From: Salinispira sp.
Lineage (GTDB): Bacteria > Spirochaetota > Spirochaetia > DSM-27196 > Salinispiraceae
Reading direction: 5' to 3'
DNA: 64,000 nt
NCBI GenBank assembly: GCA_965602015.1
Contig: OZ271918.1
Span: forward strand, 864,001-928,000
The notes beneath the pieces were generated by a model, which was not told the origin of the DNA, did not search any database, and saw only the letters and a program-made list of their open reading frames with translations. This document shows, one piece after another, positions 39,284-48,760 of this stretch. Within the stretch, counting starts at the first letter, position 1. Every line of letters begins with the position of its first letter. The position numbers were made by a program, and so were the translations under genes.

Positions 39284-40708
39284 CTATGTTCCCGCCTTTC
39301 CCTCGGCCAGCCAGGTTCCGAAAATCTCATCGTCGCCGGGTTTTGCGGTGGGCAGTAGATCGGAGACCCAGGTTACATTCAGAAAGTGCTTGTAGTAGAT
39401 ATTCTCGGTGGTAATGTTGCCCCCCCAGGTACCGCATCCCAGGGTAACGGTTGAGGGCATGCCGTTCCAGAAGTTCCCGCCATTACCCGGTGCCTGGGGC
39501 TGGTTGACCAGAATGCGGCTGGTGCGCTGATGCAGTCCCAGCTCTTCGACGTACGAGCGGGTATTGGTATGAATGCCGCATGAGTGGCCGGTTCCGGCGT
39601 TGTCGGTGAGCCGGGTAAGAATTTCGACGGCTTCGGGGAAGCTCCGGTATTTCCAAACCGTGAGCACCGGCGAGAGTTTTTCCCCGGCGAAGCGGTCGTC
39701 TTCAAGGGGCATCTCGCCTTCGACGACGATCATCCGTTTTCCCGACGGAATGCCGATGCCCGCGCCTTCGGCAATGGCCGCAGCGCTCCGGGCGATGATG
39801 GCCGGATTCAGGGCGCGGTATCCCGCCTTGTTCTCAACCCACATCCAGTCTTCCAGCTTGTTCCGGTCGGATCCCCGGGCGAACCATCCGCCCTCGCTCT
39901 CAAGGCAGGAGCAAAACGTTTCATATATCGACTCGTGGATAATAACCGAGTTTTCGCTGGAGCAGCTGGTTGCGTAATCGAAGCATTTGCTCACCGTTAT
40001 TTTCGCCGCAGCATCGGCGATGTCGGCGTCCTCGGCCACGATCTGCACCGCGTTGCCCGGGCCCACTCCGTAGGACGGGGTTCCGCTTGAATATGCGGCC
40101 TTCACCATGGCGCCGCCTCCGGTTGCCAGCACCAGATCCACCTGTTTCATCAGTTCATTGGTCGCGGGAATCGAGGGCTCGCGAATGATCTGGATCAAAT
40201 CCTCCGGAGCGCCAGCCTGACGCAGGCCATCGCGCATCATGTCCACCGCCAGAGCCGAACTGTTTTTCGATCTGGGGTGGGGGGCGAAGATTACCGCATT
40301 TCGGCCTTTAAGGATGGAAAGGGCATTGCTTCCCGGGGTGGCGGTTGGATTAGTAACCGGGGTAAGAGCGCCCACGACGCCAACGGGTTTGGCGTATTTG
40401 CTGATGCCCCTGGACTCGTCCCGTTCGATGAGGCCTACGGATTTGGCATCCTTTATATCCCTGAGCAGGCCAAGGATTTTTCCCTTGTGTTTTTTTATCT
40501 TGTCCTCGACATTGCCCATCCCCGTTTCCTGGACGGCGTCTGCCGCCAGCCGGGCGATGTTTCCATCGTTGTAGACCTGCCAACCGACGGCCACGCAGAC
40601 CCGGTCGATTTCTTCCTGGGTGTATGAGCTCACCGCCTCTTGGGCTCTGCGGGCTTTACCGACTAATTCGCTGATCATATCGCTGATGTGTGCATCGTGA
40701 TTGTTCAT
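39284..40708 (-). CDS. sauS: CoA-acylating aldehyde dehydrogenase, SauS-like (sulfoacetaldehyde dehydrogenase)
   Basis: 'PVTNPTATP', 'GVGPGN', 'FDYATSCSSENS', 'GEKLSP', 'LGCGTWGGN'; start at ATG 40708 after AAGGAG. Confidence 0.8.
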   Translation of the reverse strand: MNNHDAHISDMISELVGKARRAQEAVSSYTQEEIDRVCVAVGWQVYNDGNIARLAADAVQETGMGNVEDKIKKHKGKILGLLRDIKDAKSVGLIERDESRGISKYAKPVGVVGALTPVTNPTATPGSNALSILKGRNAVIFAPHPRSKNSSALAVDMMRDGLRQAGAPEDLIQIIREPSIPATNELMKQVDLVLATGGGAMVKAAYSSGTPSYGVGPGNAVQIVAEDADIADAAAKITVSKCFDYATSCSSENSVIIHESIYETFCSCLESEGGWFARGSDRNKLEDWMWVENKAGYRALNPAIIARSAAAIAEGAGIGIPSGKRMIVVEGEMPLEDDRFAGEKLSPVLTVWKYRSFPEAVEILTRLTDNAGTGHSCGIHTNTRSYVEELGLHQRTSRILVNQPQAPGNGGNFWNGMPSTVTLGCGTWGGNITTENIYYKHFLNVTWVSDLLPTAKPGDDEIFGTWLAEGKAGT

Positions 40709-40736
40709 GGGGGCTCCTTGTATTTCGGTTGGAAGC

Positions 40737-41221
40737 TTACTTGAAGTTCTCCGCCTCAATGGACTGCACAAGCTCGAAATTTTTCTGGAGGAAATCCCTC
40801 TTGAATTCCATCTTCTGGGCGAATGCCATGGCGAGCCATGCCTGGGCAATCTGGACTCCCAGGAAGGGCGCGGTTATCCAGCCGCCCATGGTTATGACAT
40901 TCGCATTGTTGATGATTTTTGCCCGCTCGCCGCTGAAAATTGAGTCAGCCACGCAGGCATACACGCCCCGGTGCTTATTGGCGACGATGGCCATGCCCTG
41001 CCCGGTCCCGCACACCAGAATCCCCTTGTCCGCCGTGCCGCTTTGCACGGCTTTTGCGACCTTCGGGGCCTGGGCGGTGTACGGCTCGGGTTTATCCGGG
41101 TCGCTGATGCCGAAATCGATGACGGTGACATCGTCCCGTTCGGCCAGAAACTCGCCGATTGCCTTTTTAGGGGGAATCCCGAAAGGTCCGATGCGATGGC
41201 TATGGTGATGTTTTCTGCCAT
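40737..41221 (-). pseudogene. rpiB: RpiB/LacAB-family sugar isomerase split by a 1-nt frameshift (possibly a sequencing error)
   Basis: N-terminus 'IAIASDLSGFPLK' is in one frame and 'AIGEFL..VIDFG...LVCGTGQGMAIVANK' in another; one extra A in the run at 41164-41168 joins them. Confidence 0.85.
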
Positions 41222-41267
41222 GTAGTTCTCCTGTTATGGCGGGGCATGAGTAGCCCCGGTTGCTTAT

Positions 41268-42203
41268 TTACTTGCTGTTGTCGATCAGCGACGATGCCGC
41301 CCGGGCAATATGCTCGGCGGTCATACCGTAGGCTTCAAGAAGCCCGTCGAGAAGCCCCACCTGTCCGAATTCGTCCTGGCTGCCGATCCGGCTCAAGCGG
41401 CAGGGAATGGCTTCCTCGGCGATGACCTCCGCCACCGCGGAACCGAGGCCGTTGTGAATATTATGGTTCTCGCAGCTCACCGCCAGTCCGGTTTTTTCCA
41501 GGGAAGATGCGATGAGCCCGCGGTCCAAGGGCTTCAGGCTCAGGGCGTCGATGACTTCCGCTTCAATACCCCGGGACGCCAGGATGTCCGCGGCTTCCAG
41601 GGTCTGCTGAAGCATAACCAAACCAAGTGAAATGAGGGTAATGTGGCTGCCGCTGCGCACGACCTTTGCCTTTCCGAGTTCGAAGTTTTCGGACTCATCG
41701 TAGTAAGTCCATCCGCCCTTGCGGTGAAGGCGGATGTACACGGTTTTGGGGTATTCGGCGATGAGGGGAAGCAGTTTCCGCAGGGAGGTTTCATCCGACG
41801 GCTCAACTATTGTGAGCTTGGGTATGTTCCGCATCAGGCCGGCGTCCTCGAAGGGCATGTGGGTACCGCCGTTGTATTGGGCGGTAACCCCCGGATCGGT
41901 TCCCACCAGTTTGACATTGAGTTGGGCATAGTTGGCCGACAGAAAGAACTGATCGTACACCCGCCGGCTGGCGAAACAGCCGAATGTGGCGGCAAAGGGA
42001 ATTTTTCCGGCGGCGGAAAGCCCCGATGCGATGCCGACCATATTTGCCTCGGCGACGCCGACGTTTATTGTCCGTTCGGGATAGGCGCTCTTGAAGCCTT
42101 TTGTTCCCGACGCTCCCATAAGGTCGGCTTCGAGAATGCATATATTCTGGTTTTTCGCGGCGAGCTCCGTCAGCACATCGTTATATACCTGTCGCATATC
42201 CAT
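41268..42203 (-). CDS. Split transketolase, C-terminal subunit
   Basis: 'NVGVAEANM', 'NGGTH', 'ENH....GLGSAV'; start at ATG 42203. Confidence 0.93.
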   Translation of the reverse strand: MDMRQVYNDVLTELAAKNQNICILEADLMGASGTKGFKSAYPERTINVGVAEANMVGIASGLSAAGKIPFAATFGCFASRRVYDQFFLSANYAQLNVKLVGTDPGVTAQYNGGTHMPFEDAGLMRNIPKLTIVEPSDETSLRKLLPLIAEYPKTVYIRLHRKGGWTYYDESENFELGKAKVVRSGSHITLISLGLVMLQQTLEAADILASRGIEAEVIDALSLKPLDRGLIASSLEKTGLAVSCENHNIHNGLGSAVAEVIAEEAIPCRLSRIGSQDEFGQVGLLDGLLEAYGMTAEHIARAASSLIDNSK

Positions 42204-42207
42204 ATTC

Positions 42208-43038
42208 TTACTTCTCCTGGTCTTCCAAGGCCCGGATGGCCTCATCTGCGGTTTCCCGGTCGAGGGGCATGTTGTGATTGCCCAAATTGTGCTCTGCGAA
42301 AGCCGCGCCTTTGCCCTTTACGGTATCCATAATGATCATGCTGGGCTTGCCTTGTACCCGTTTTGCGTTTTCGATGGCATCGTCGATGGCAGCCACGTCG
42401 TGGCCGTCTATTCTCTGGACGTGCCAGTTAAACGCGGTCCATTTGGCTGCAATATCTTCCAGACCCATGATGTCAGCCGTCATCCCGTCTATCTGCATCT
42501 TGTTGAAGTCGGTAAAGGCGATGAGGCGGTCGAGTTTGTAATGCGGAGCGGCCATGGCGGCTTCCCATATTTGCCCTTCCTGGCTCTCGCCGTCGCCAAT
42601 GCAGGCGTACACGAATGATTCCTTCTTATCCATGCGCAGACCCAGTGCAATGCCGATGGCCGCCGAAAGGCCCTGGCCGAGGCTTCCGGTAGTCATGTCG
42701 ATTCCCGGGGTGCGATTTCTATCCGCATGGCTGGGGAGGTTGGTTCCCACCACATTCAGGGTCTTTAACCAGTCGGAATGGAAAAAACCCCGGTCCGCCA
42801 GTACACTGTACAGGGCGGGGCCCGCATGGCCCTTGGAGAGGACGAACCAGTCCCGGTTATCCATCCGGGGTTGTTTCGGATCGATGTGCATCTGCCGGTA
42901 ATACAGGACGGTAAGCAGTTCGACAATGGACATCGAGCCGCCGACATGGCCGACTCCCAGGTTGGCGATTGATTCCAGGGTCATCCGGCGTATAAGGCGC
43001 GCCTTTCGCTCAAGGGTGATACGCGTGTTCTGATCCAT
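42208..43038 (-). CDS. Split transketolase, N-terminal (ThDP-binding) subunit
   Basis: 'GHVGGS', 'LSKGH', 'TGSLGQG', 'GDGESQEG', 'TVKGKG'. Confidence 0.95.
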   Translation of the reverse strand: MDQNTRITLERKARLIRRMTLESIANLGVGHVGGSMSIVELLTVLYYRQMHIDPKQPRMDNRDWFVLSKGHAGPALYSVLADRGFFHSDWLKTLNVVGTNLPSHADRNRTPGIDMTTGSLGQGLSAAIGIALGLRMDKKESFVYACIGDGESQEGQIWEAAMAAPHYKLDRLIAFTDFNKMQIDGMTADIMGLEDIAAKWTAFNWHVQRIDGHDVAAIDDAIENAKRVQGKPSMIIMDTVKGKGAAFAEHNLGNHNMPLDRETADEAIRALEDQEK

Positions 43039-43058
43039 AATAGCCTCAAGATATTTAT

Positions 43059-43075
43059 TTACTTACAGGAAATAA
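43059..43075. promoter_or_regulatory. Operator site 1, TTACTTAC-A-GGAAATAA
   Basis: Between the divergent transketolase and ROK genes; 2 mismatches to TTACTTAC-N-GTAAGTAA; flanked by TATTTA/TAAATA. Confidence 0.65.
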
Positions 43076-43118
43076 TTAAATATAATGTAGCATCGCTTCA
43101 CAGGACTGTAAAGCGGTT

Positions 43119-44312
43119 GTGAAGGAATTGAATACGGTGAATACGAAAAATCCGGTGAGAAGCAGCGATATCCGCGAAGCCAATGAGAAGCTCATTCTGA
43201 GCATTATACGTGAAGAGAGAAGCACCTCCCAAAGCGAGGTGGTATCCCGAACCGGGCTGAGAGCGCCGACGGTGCTGAGGTTTTTTACCGATCTTGAAGA
43301 GCGGGGATACATTCAAAAATCCGTCTCATCCGAGCCGCCAACTTCAGAGAGCGAAAAGCGCGGGCGCCGGCCGGTGTACTACGAGGTCGTGCCAGAATCC
43401 GCGTATGCCATAGGGCTCGAGTTCTGGCTGGAGTCTGCTTCGGTGGTAATCGAGGATTTTAGCGGGGAGGTGGTGTATTCCCAGATTGAAGATATTTCCG
43501 GCCGCAGCGGTAATTCCTTACCGGAGTTCCTTATGTCCCTGGTCCGGACAGGCATAAAGCATGCCGGGCTGGAAGATGCGAACATCATCGGCATCTGCGT
43601 CGCCGCACCCGGCCAGGTTGATGTGGAAACCGGCGACATAATCCAGTATTCCCGCAAGGGGCTTGCGGATATAAACCTGCGGGACTTATTCCAATCCGGG
43701 CTTTCCATACCTGTTCTCATCCAGAATAACAGCACCGCCGTCGCCTGGGATTTTTACATGAACGGACCCGGCAGAGAGCATCCGTCCCTGTTTACCATTA
43801 TGATCCGCTCCGGCGTCGGCGGAGCGTTTATCGACAACCGGGAAATTTTCGTTACCAAAACCCATACCACCCTGGAAATCGGTCATATCGCCGTGGAATA
43901 CAACGGACGGGCCTGCGACTGCGGCAGCAGCGGCTGCCTGGAAGCCTATGTGTCCGAACAGGCCATCCTCCAGGACTGCGCCTGTATACCGGGGATCAGT
44001 ACCATCGGCGATTTTGACAGTCTGGATGATGCGGCCCACAAAGAAACCGTCAGCGAATGTCTGCAATCCAAATCCGGCATGCTCGCCATGGCGGTGAGAA
44101 ACCTGATAAGCCTTTTCGGGCCGGAAATGGTGCTTATTGTGACCAGATCCCGGGTTCTCGGCGATATTCTCGCCGGTCAGGTTGCCAAGGAAGTTCGCGC
44201 CCAGTCCAGCGACCGGTGGCAGGGAGAAACCCGGATAGCATCGGCATGCTACGATCCCCTGAGAGCCGGCCGCGGGGCAGCGGAGCTGCTGTTCCGGCAA
44301 TTCCTAGGTTGA
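43119..44312 (+). CDS. ROK-family transcriptional repressor
   Basis: N-terminal HTH, 'RGRRP', 'APGQVD', 'EIGHI...CDCGSSGCLE'. Confidence 0.93.
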   Translation: MKELNTVNTKNPVRSSDIREANEKLILSIIREERSTSQSEVVSRTGLRAPTVLRFFTDLEERGYIQKSVSSEPPTSESEKRGRRPVYYEVVPESAYAIGLEFWLESASVVIEDFSGEVVYSQIEDISGRSGNSLPEFLMSLVRTGIKHAGLEDANIIGICVAAPGQVDVETGDIIQYSRKGLADINLRDLFQSGLSIPVLIQNNSTAVAWDFYMNGPGREHPSLFTIMIRSGVGGAFIDNREIFVTKTHTTLEIGHIAVEYNGRACDCGSSGCLEAYVSEQAILQDCACIPGISTIGDFDSLDDAAHKETVSECLQSKSGMLAMAVRNLISLFGPEMVLIVTRSRVLGDILAGQVAKEVRAQSSDRWQGETRIASACYDPLRAGRGAAELLFRQFLG

Positions 44313-44322
44313 GAGGCAATAC

Positions 44323-46389
44323 ATGTCAGCATTAGAGCAATCGTCAGGGTCTGGGGAGCAATACGCCGCTTTGTCCCTCACGGGAGAATTTACCGAGGAT
44401 TCCTTTTCCATCTTCTTTAAAGACCGGCTCATAATCCGGCACAGCCCCGACGACCCCTGCCTTGCCAGCGGTGAAGGGCGGGGGACATACCGCTTTGTCT
44501 ATGGACTGTTCAAAATTTCCGACAACATTACCAAACGACATGAGCACATCGGCTATGAGCGGCGGGAGCATACTGCTGACGGATTTACCCTGTCCTTCGA
44601 TAACGGCGCTACCCTGTCCTGTATGGTTCGACAGGGACGGCTGCACATAAGCGTCAAAACCAGCTCTCCGGAAAACCGGACTAACCGGGTATGGCTGCAG
44701 GTCCAGGGCCTTGCCGGCGAGCGTGTCTACGGCGGCGGTGAGCAGTACAGCTACCTCGATTTAAAGGGGAGAACGCTTCCGGTGTGGGTTCAGGAGCCGG
44801 GGCTCGGCCGCGGGCGGGACCTGGTGACGCTACGGGCGGAGCTCAAGTCGGGTTACGGCGGCAGCTGGTTTTCCACCTACTTCGCCCAGCCGACCTTCCT
44901 GTTTTCCCGGGGCGCGTATATCCACTGTGAATCCAGCGCGTATATGGAGGCGGATTTCAGGAAGGATGGAAAATATGAATTTGCAGTGTGGGAAGGGGAT
45001 TTCACCCTCGTCCTCGATGTGAATAAACAACCCCTGGACCTAATCGAGTCGCTTACGGGGTACATCGGCCGTCAGCCCCGGCTACCCGATTGGGCCTATG
45101 ACGGGTTGTGGCTTGGAACCCAGGGGGGGCGGGAAACCACGGGGCAGCGAATGAAAAAGATGCAGGCCGCCGGTGTGAAGATCGCCGCGCTCTGGTGTCA
45201 GGACTGGGAGGGCAAACGGGAAACCAGCTTTGGCAAACAGTTGTTCTGGGACTGGATCTTCAGCAGTGAGCTGTATCCAGACCTGCCCGGCTATATTAAA
45301 GAGCTAAAAAAGCAGCACGTCCGCTTTCTGGGCTATATCAATCCCTTCCTGGCCATTGAGGGAGAGCTCTACAAAACCGCTGCGAAGAACGGGTACTGCG
45401 TAAAAGATCCTTCGGGCAAGGATTACCTGGTAACCATAACCGACTTCCCCGCGGCGATGATCGACCTGACCAATCCCGAGTGCCGAACATGGATAAAATC
45501 AATTATCCGGTCGAATATGATCGACATCGGACTCGCCGGCTGGATGGCCGACTTTGGTGAATATATTCCGGCGGACGCCGTGTTCTACGACGGTTCGAAT
45601 GCCGAGCACTTTCATAACCGCTATGTGGTGGAGTGGGCAAAAATCAACCGAGAAGCCGTGGATGACGCGGGTAAGCGGGATGAAATCATCTTCTTTATGC
45701 GCGCGGGTTACAGCGGCAGCCAGGCCTTCGCATCGGCATTCTGGAACGGGGACCAGTTGGTAAACTGGAGCCGTCACCAGGGTCTTCCCACCGTCATTCC
45801 CGGCAGCCTTTCTCTCGGCCTCATCGGGGCCGGGTATGTACATAGTGATCTGGGCGGATATACCACAATCTTTCATCTTAAGCGGAGTAAAAGGCTGATG
45901 ATGCGCTGGGCCGAGCTATCGGCATTCAGTCAGACCATGCGCAGCCACGAGGGCAATCGGCCGCACATAGGGTGGCCCCTGGATGGGGATGATGAAACCA
46001 TGAAACATCTGGCGCGCATGACCGGCATCTTCACCGACTTGAAACCCTATCATCAGGAACTCTCGCAAGAATACCAGGAGAAGGGCACACCTCCAATGCG
46101 TCATCTTTGGCTGCACTATCCTGATGATCCTCAGATTCGAAACCGGAAGCTTCAGTACCAATACCTGTATGGTCCGGATCTTCTGGTGGCGCCGGCGTAT
46201 AAGCGCTTTTCCCGGTTTCGCACAGTATATCTGCCCTCTGATGACTGGGTGCATATGTGGACCGGCAAACCGTATCCCCGGGGGTGGGCGAGGGTTCCCG
46301 CTGTTCTCGGCTCCCCGCCGGTTTTCTACAGAAAACCGTCACGTTGGTCTGATTTTTTCAAGACTCTGGCAGATCGCTGGTCTTCGTGA
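44323..46389 (+). CDS. yihQ: GH31 sulfoquinovosidase-like glycosidase 1
   Basis: 'GGGEQYS', 'QDWEG.R.TSFGKQLFWDW', nucleophile 'WMADFGE', 'WNGDQ', 'HSDLGGY', 'RSHEGNRP'. Confidence 0.88.
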   Translation: MSALEQSSGSGEQYAALSLTGEFTEDSFSIFFKDRLIIRHSPDDPCLASGEGRGTYRFVYGLFKISDNITKRHEHIGYERREHTADGFTLSFDNGATLSCMVRQGRLHISVKTSSPENRTNRVWLQVQGLAGERVYGGGEQYSYLDLKGRTLPVWVQEPGLGRGRDLVTLRAELKSGYGGSWFSTYFAQPTFLFSRGAYIHCESSAYMEADFRKDGKYEFAVWEGDFTLVLDVNKQPLDLIESLTGYIGRQPRLPDWAYDGLWLGTQGGRETTGQRMKKMQAAGVKIAALWCQDWEGKRETSFGKQLFWDWIFSSELYPDLPGYIKELKKQHVRFLGYINPFLAIEGELYKTAAKNGYCVKDPSGKDYLVTITDFPAAMIDLTNPECRTWIKSIIRSNMIDIGLAGWMADFGEYIPADAVFYDGSNAEHFHNRYVVEWAKINREAVDDAGKRDEIIFFMRAGYSGSQAFASAFWNGDQLVNWSRHQGLPTVIPGSLSLGLIGAGYVHSDLGGYTTIFHLKRSKRLMMRWAELSAFSQTMRSHEGNRPHIGWPLDGDDETMKHLARMTGIFTDLKPYHQELSQEYQEKGTPPMRHLWLHYPDDPQIRNRKLQYQYLYGPDLLVAPAYKRFSRFRTVYLPSDDWVHMWTGKPYPRGWARVPAVLGSPPVFYRKPSRWSDFFKTLADRWSS

Positions 46390-46458
46390 GCACCACTAGT
46401 TAGCTCACGAATCACCGAGAAATTCGCTTGCGGATATCGATAAATCGGGTATAATTAC

Positions 46459-46475
46459 TTACTTATTGTAAGTAA
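46459..46475. promoter_or_regulatory. Operator site 2, TTACTTAT-T-GTAAGTAA
   Basis: Immediately downstream of TATAAT (46450-46455), upstream of the cupin/ABC operon. Confidence 0.7.
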
Positions 46476-46523
46476 GGTAAAATCCAAGCTGCACCATCAA
46501 GCGTACAAAAGCGAGGGCATTCA

Positions 46524-47279
46524 ATGACAAAAAGCGGTCAGCTGTTTAGCGCAGATGCCAGCCGATGCGAATTAAAAGAGTTATTCAACCACCACACCTC
46601 CAATCTCGATGGTCTGAGCGCTGCGGAAATTCGAATACAGAATTCTATCAGTCCGCCATTCGCCTTTGAAGGTGAGGAAGTACTGCTGTTTAACCTGGGG
46701 GCGCCGCTTACCGCCCGGGTGAACGGAGCAGACTACCAGCTGGCCCATTACGATGTTCTCTATGTCCCGCTCAACAAGGGTTTTAGGCTAAGCCACAATG
46801 GAGATGAACCGGGTCTTGTGTATGCGTATCGGGCGACCGGTACTGAAGACTACCCGGTGTTCCATTCCGGCTATGAAGACGCCAGGAAGAGTAAAGAGCG
46901 CATCCGCCACCTGAACCGGAAAGTCGTGTATAAAATGTTCGATGTCTCCGAGGGGGCCAACAAATTCATGGCGGGCTATACATTCTACGACGACCACACC
47001 AGAGCCTGGCCGCCTCATAACCACACCGATCAAGAGGAGGTCTACAGCTTCATCGAAGGCAAGGGCGCCATGACGGTATACGAAGACGATGAACACCAGA
47101 CCTTTGTGACATCGGTAAAGGTGGGAAGCCACGTTACCATTCCGGTGCTCAATTACCATCCGGTGTTCAGTCACGATGAGCCCCTGTGTTTTATCTGGTG
47201 CATCGCCGGGGAACGGTATTGGGTAGGGGACAAAAACACCGACTTCATGAAGGGAGACGGGGAAAAGATAACCACGTAA
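46524..47279 (+). CDS. IolB/KduI-like bicupin isomerase
   Basis: 'YDVLYVP', 'AWPPHNH...EEVY.F', 'NYHP', 'FIW' resemble the 5-deoxyglucuronate isomerase metal site. Confidence 0.75.
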   Translation: MTKSGQLFSADASRCELKELFNHHTSNLDGLSAAEIRIQNSISPPFAFEGEEVLLFNLGAPLTARVNGADYQLAHYDVLYVPLNKGFRLSHNGDEPGLVYAYRATGTEDYPVFHSGYEDARKSKERIRHLNRKVVYKMFDVSEGANKFMAGYTFYDDHTRAWPPHNHTDQEEVYSFIEGKGAMTVYEDDEHQTFVTSVKVGSHVTIPVLNYHPVFSHDEPLCFIWCIAGERYWVGDKNTDFMKGDGEKITT

Positions 47280-47398
47280 TTCATCCGCCGGCGTACCGAC
47301 CGGCGGTGGAGATACTTTTTCGGCGGATTCCGGTGGACAGAGAGCTTGTCCGGACCGGACTGCCGGTCAAAACAGGTGTATACCTGAAGGAGGAATGT

Positions 47399-48655
47399 AT
47401 GAAGCTTGTGTACCGCAGTACGGTAATTCTAATGGTGCTGTCCGCAATGGTGCTATTAGCTGTGGGCTGCAGTCCCGCGGAAGAAGAGGTAGTGGTTCTG
47501 AACTTCCCGACTTTCTGGGTCGGACAGGATTCAAAGGCTGAACCCATCGCCGCCCTTGTTGAGAGTTTCAACAACATGTATGAGGGGCAATATCAGGTTG
47601 TTATCGAGCCGAATCCCGATACCGACGGATATCGTGATAAACTGAACACCCAACTGGCTTCCGGACAGGCTCCGGACATCTTTGTATTCAATCCCGACCC
47701 CACCACCTTCCAGTACTACGAAAGCGACATCCTCATGGATTTCACCGACGAACTGACCGGCGCATGGGCTTCGGATTTTGTCAGCAGCTATATCACCGAC
47801 AGCACCCGAAACGGGGCTATTAAGTCCGTGCCCTTCGAAATCGGCATCACCCCGGTATGGTACAACATGGACCTTCTGGCCCGGGCAGGCGTTGACGAGA
47901 TTCCGGCGACCATCGAAGATTTCTACGTCATGGCTGAAGCGCTCAAAGCCGAAGGAATTGTTCCCGGCAGCCAAATGACCGGCGGTTCCAATGCGTGGAC
48001 CAGCATGCTCTGGTACAGTCACATAGTCGGCAGCATCGGCGGACCCGATGTATGGTCCAAGCCCCTGACCGATCCGGTTTTTGTTGAAGCGGCAGCGGTT
48101 CTCCAGCAGCTGTACCAAAACGGCAATACCACCAGGGACGCGGTAGGCGGGGACGCCGGTGTCTCAGGAGGACACTTCCTGGCTTCCAATACCGCGACTT
48201 TTATCAACGGTCCCTGGTACATCGGCCGTATCCGCGGCGATGCTCCGGAAGTCCACGCGGTAACCCGTCTGGCTCCGGCTCCCCAGGTAGGCGATTACTC
48301 CGGACATCAGATCGGTTTTATGCTTTCAAACCTGGCGGCGGCCAATACCGATGATCCCCGCCGGAGGGAGGCGGTCATCACATTCTTGAAACACATGACC
48401 GATCCGGACAATGTGAAAATGGTCAGCGAAGCGGCGGGTTCCCTGTTCGCCATAAAGTACGAGCTCGGCGCCAACGCCGATCCCCTTCAGCGGGAATTCG
48501 TACGGGCGGCCAGCGAGGCCACCTTCGTCATCAACCACTTCCAGTCGGCCTTCGACATAGCGGTTGTGCAGGAATTCGGACAGGCCCTGGCGCTTTTGGC
48601 CCTCGATGAAGCGACTCCCGAAGAGTTTGTCCAGGCCTTGGTAGACGCCCAATAA
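47399..48655 (+). CDS. Carbohydrate ABC substrate-binding lipoprotein
   Basis: Lipobox AVGC; 'ASGQAPDIF', 'WYN.DL', 'NGPW'; AGGAGG RBS before ATG 47399. Confidence 0.9.
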   Translation: MKLVYRSTVILMVLSAMVLLAVGCSPAEEEVVVLNFPTFWVGQDSKAEPIAALVESFNNMYEGQYQVVIEPNPDTDGYRDKLNTQLASGQAPDIFVFNPDPTTFQYYESDILMDFTDELTGAWASDFVSSYITDSTRNGAIKSVPFEIGITPVWYNMDLLARAGVDEIPATIEDFYVMAEALKAEGIVPGSQMTGGSNAWTSMLWYSHIVGSIGGPDVWSKPLTDPVFVEAAAVLQQLYQNGNTTRDAVGGDAGVSGGHFLASNTATFINGPWYIGRIRGDAPEVHAVTRLAPAPQVGDYSGHQIGFMLSNLAAANTDDPRRREAVITFLKHMTDPDNVKMVSEAAGSLFAIKYELGANADPLQREFVRAASEATFVINHFQSAFDIAVVQEFGQALALLALDEATPEEFVQALVDAQ

Positions 48656-48760
48656 GTAAGTATGCCCTGAGCTGCCAGGCTCTCGGCCACGACGGTCGTC
48701 CGGTCTGTATCCTTGGCCGGACGGCCGCACTATTTCACCGTACCCCAGGGAGAACCGCCA

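Noticed and set aside
47281..47370. Hairpins flanking the sugar-binding protein gene (also ~48692-48727)
   Set aside because: Consistent with ordinary mRNA-stabilising stems in ABC operons; no RNA family recognised.
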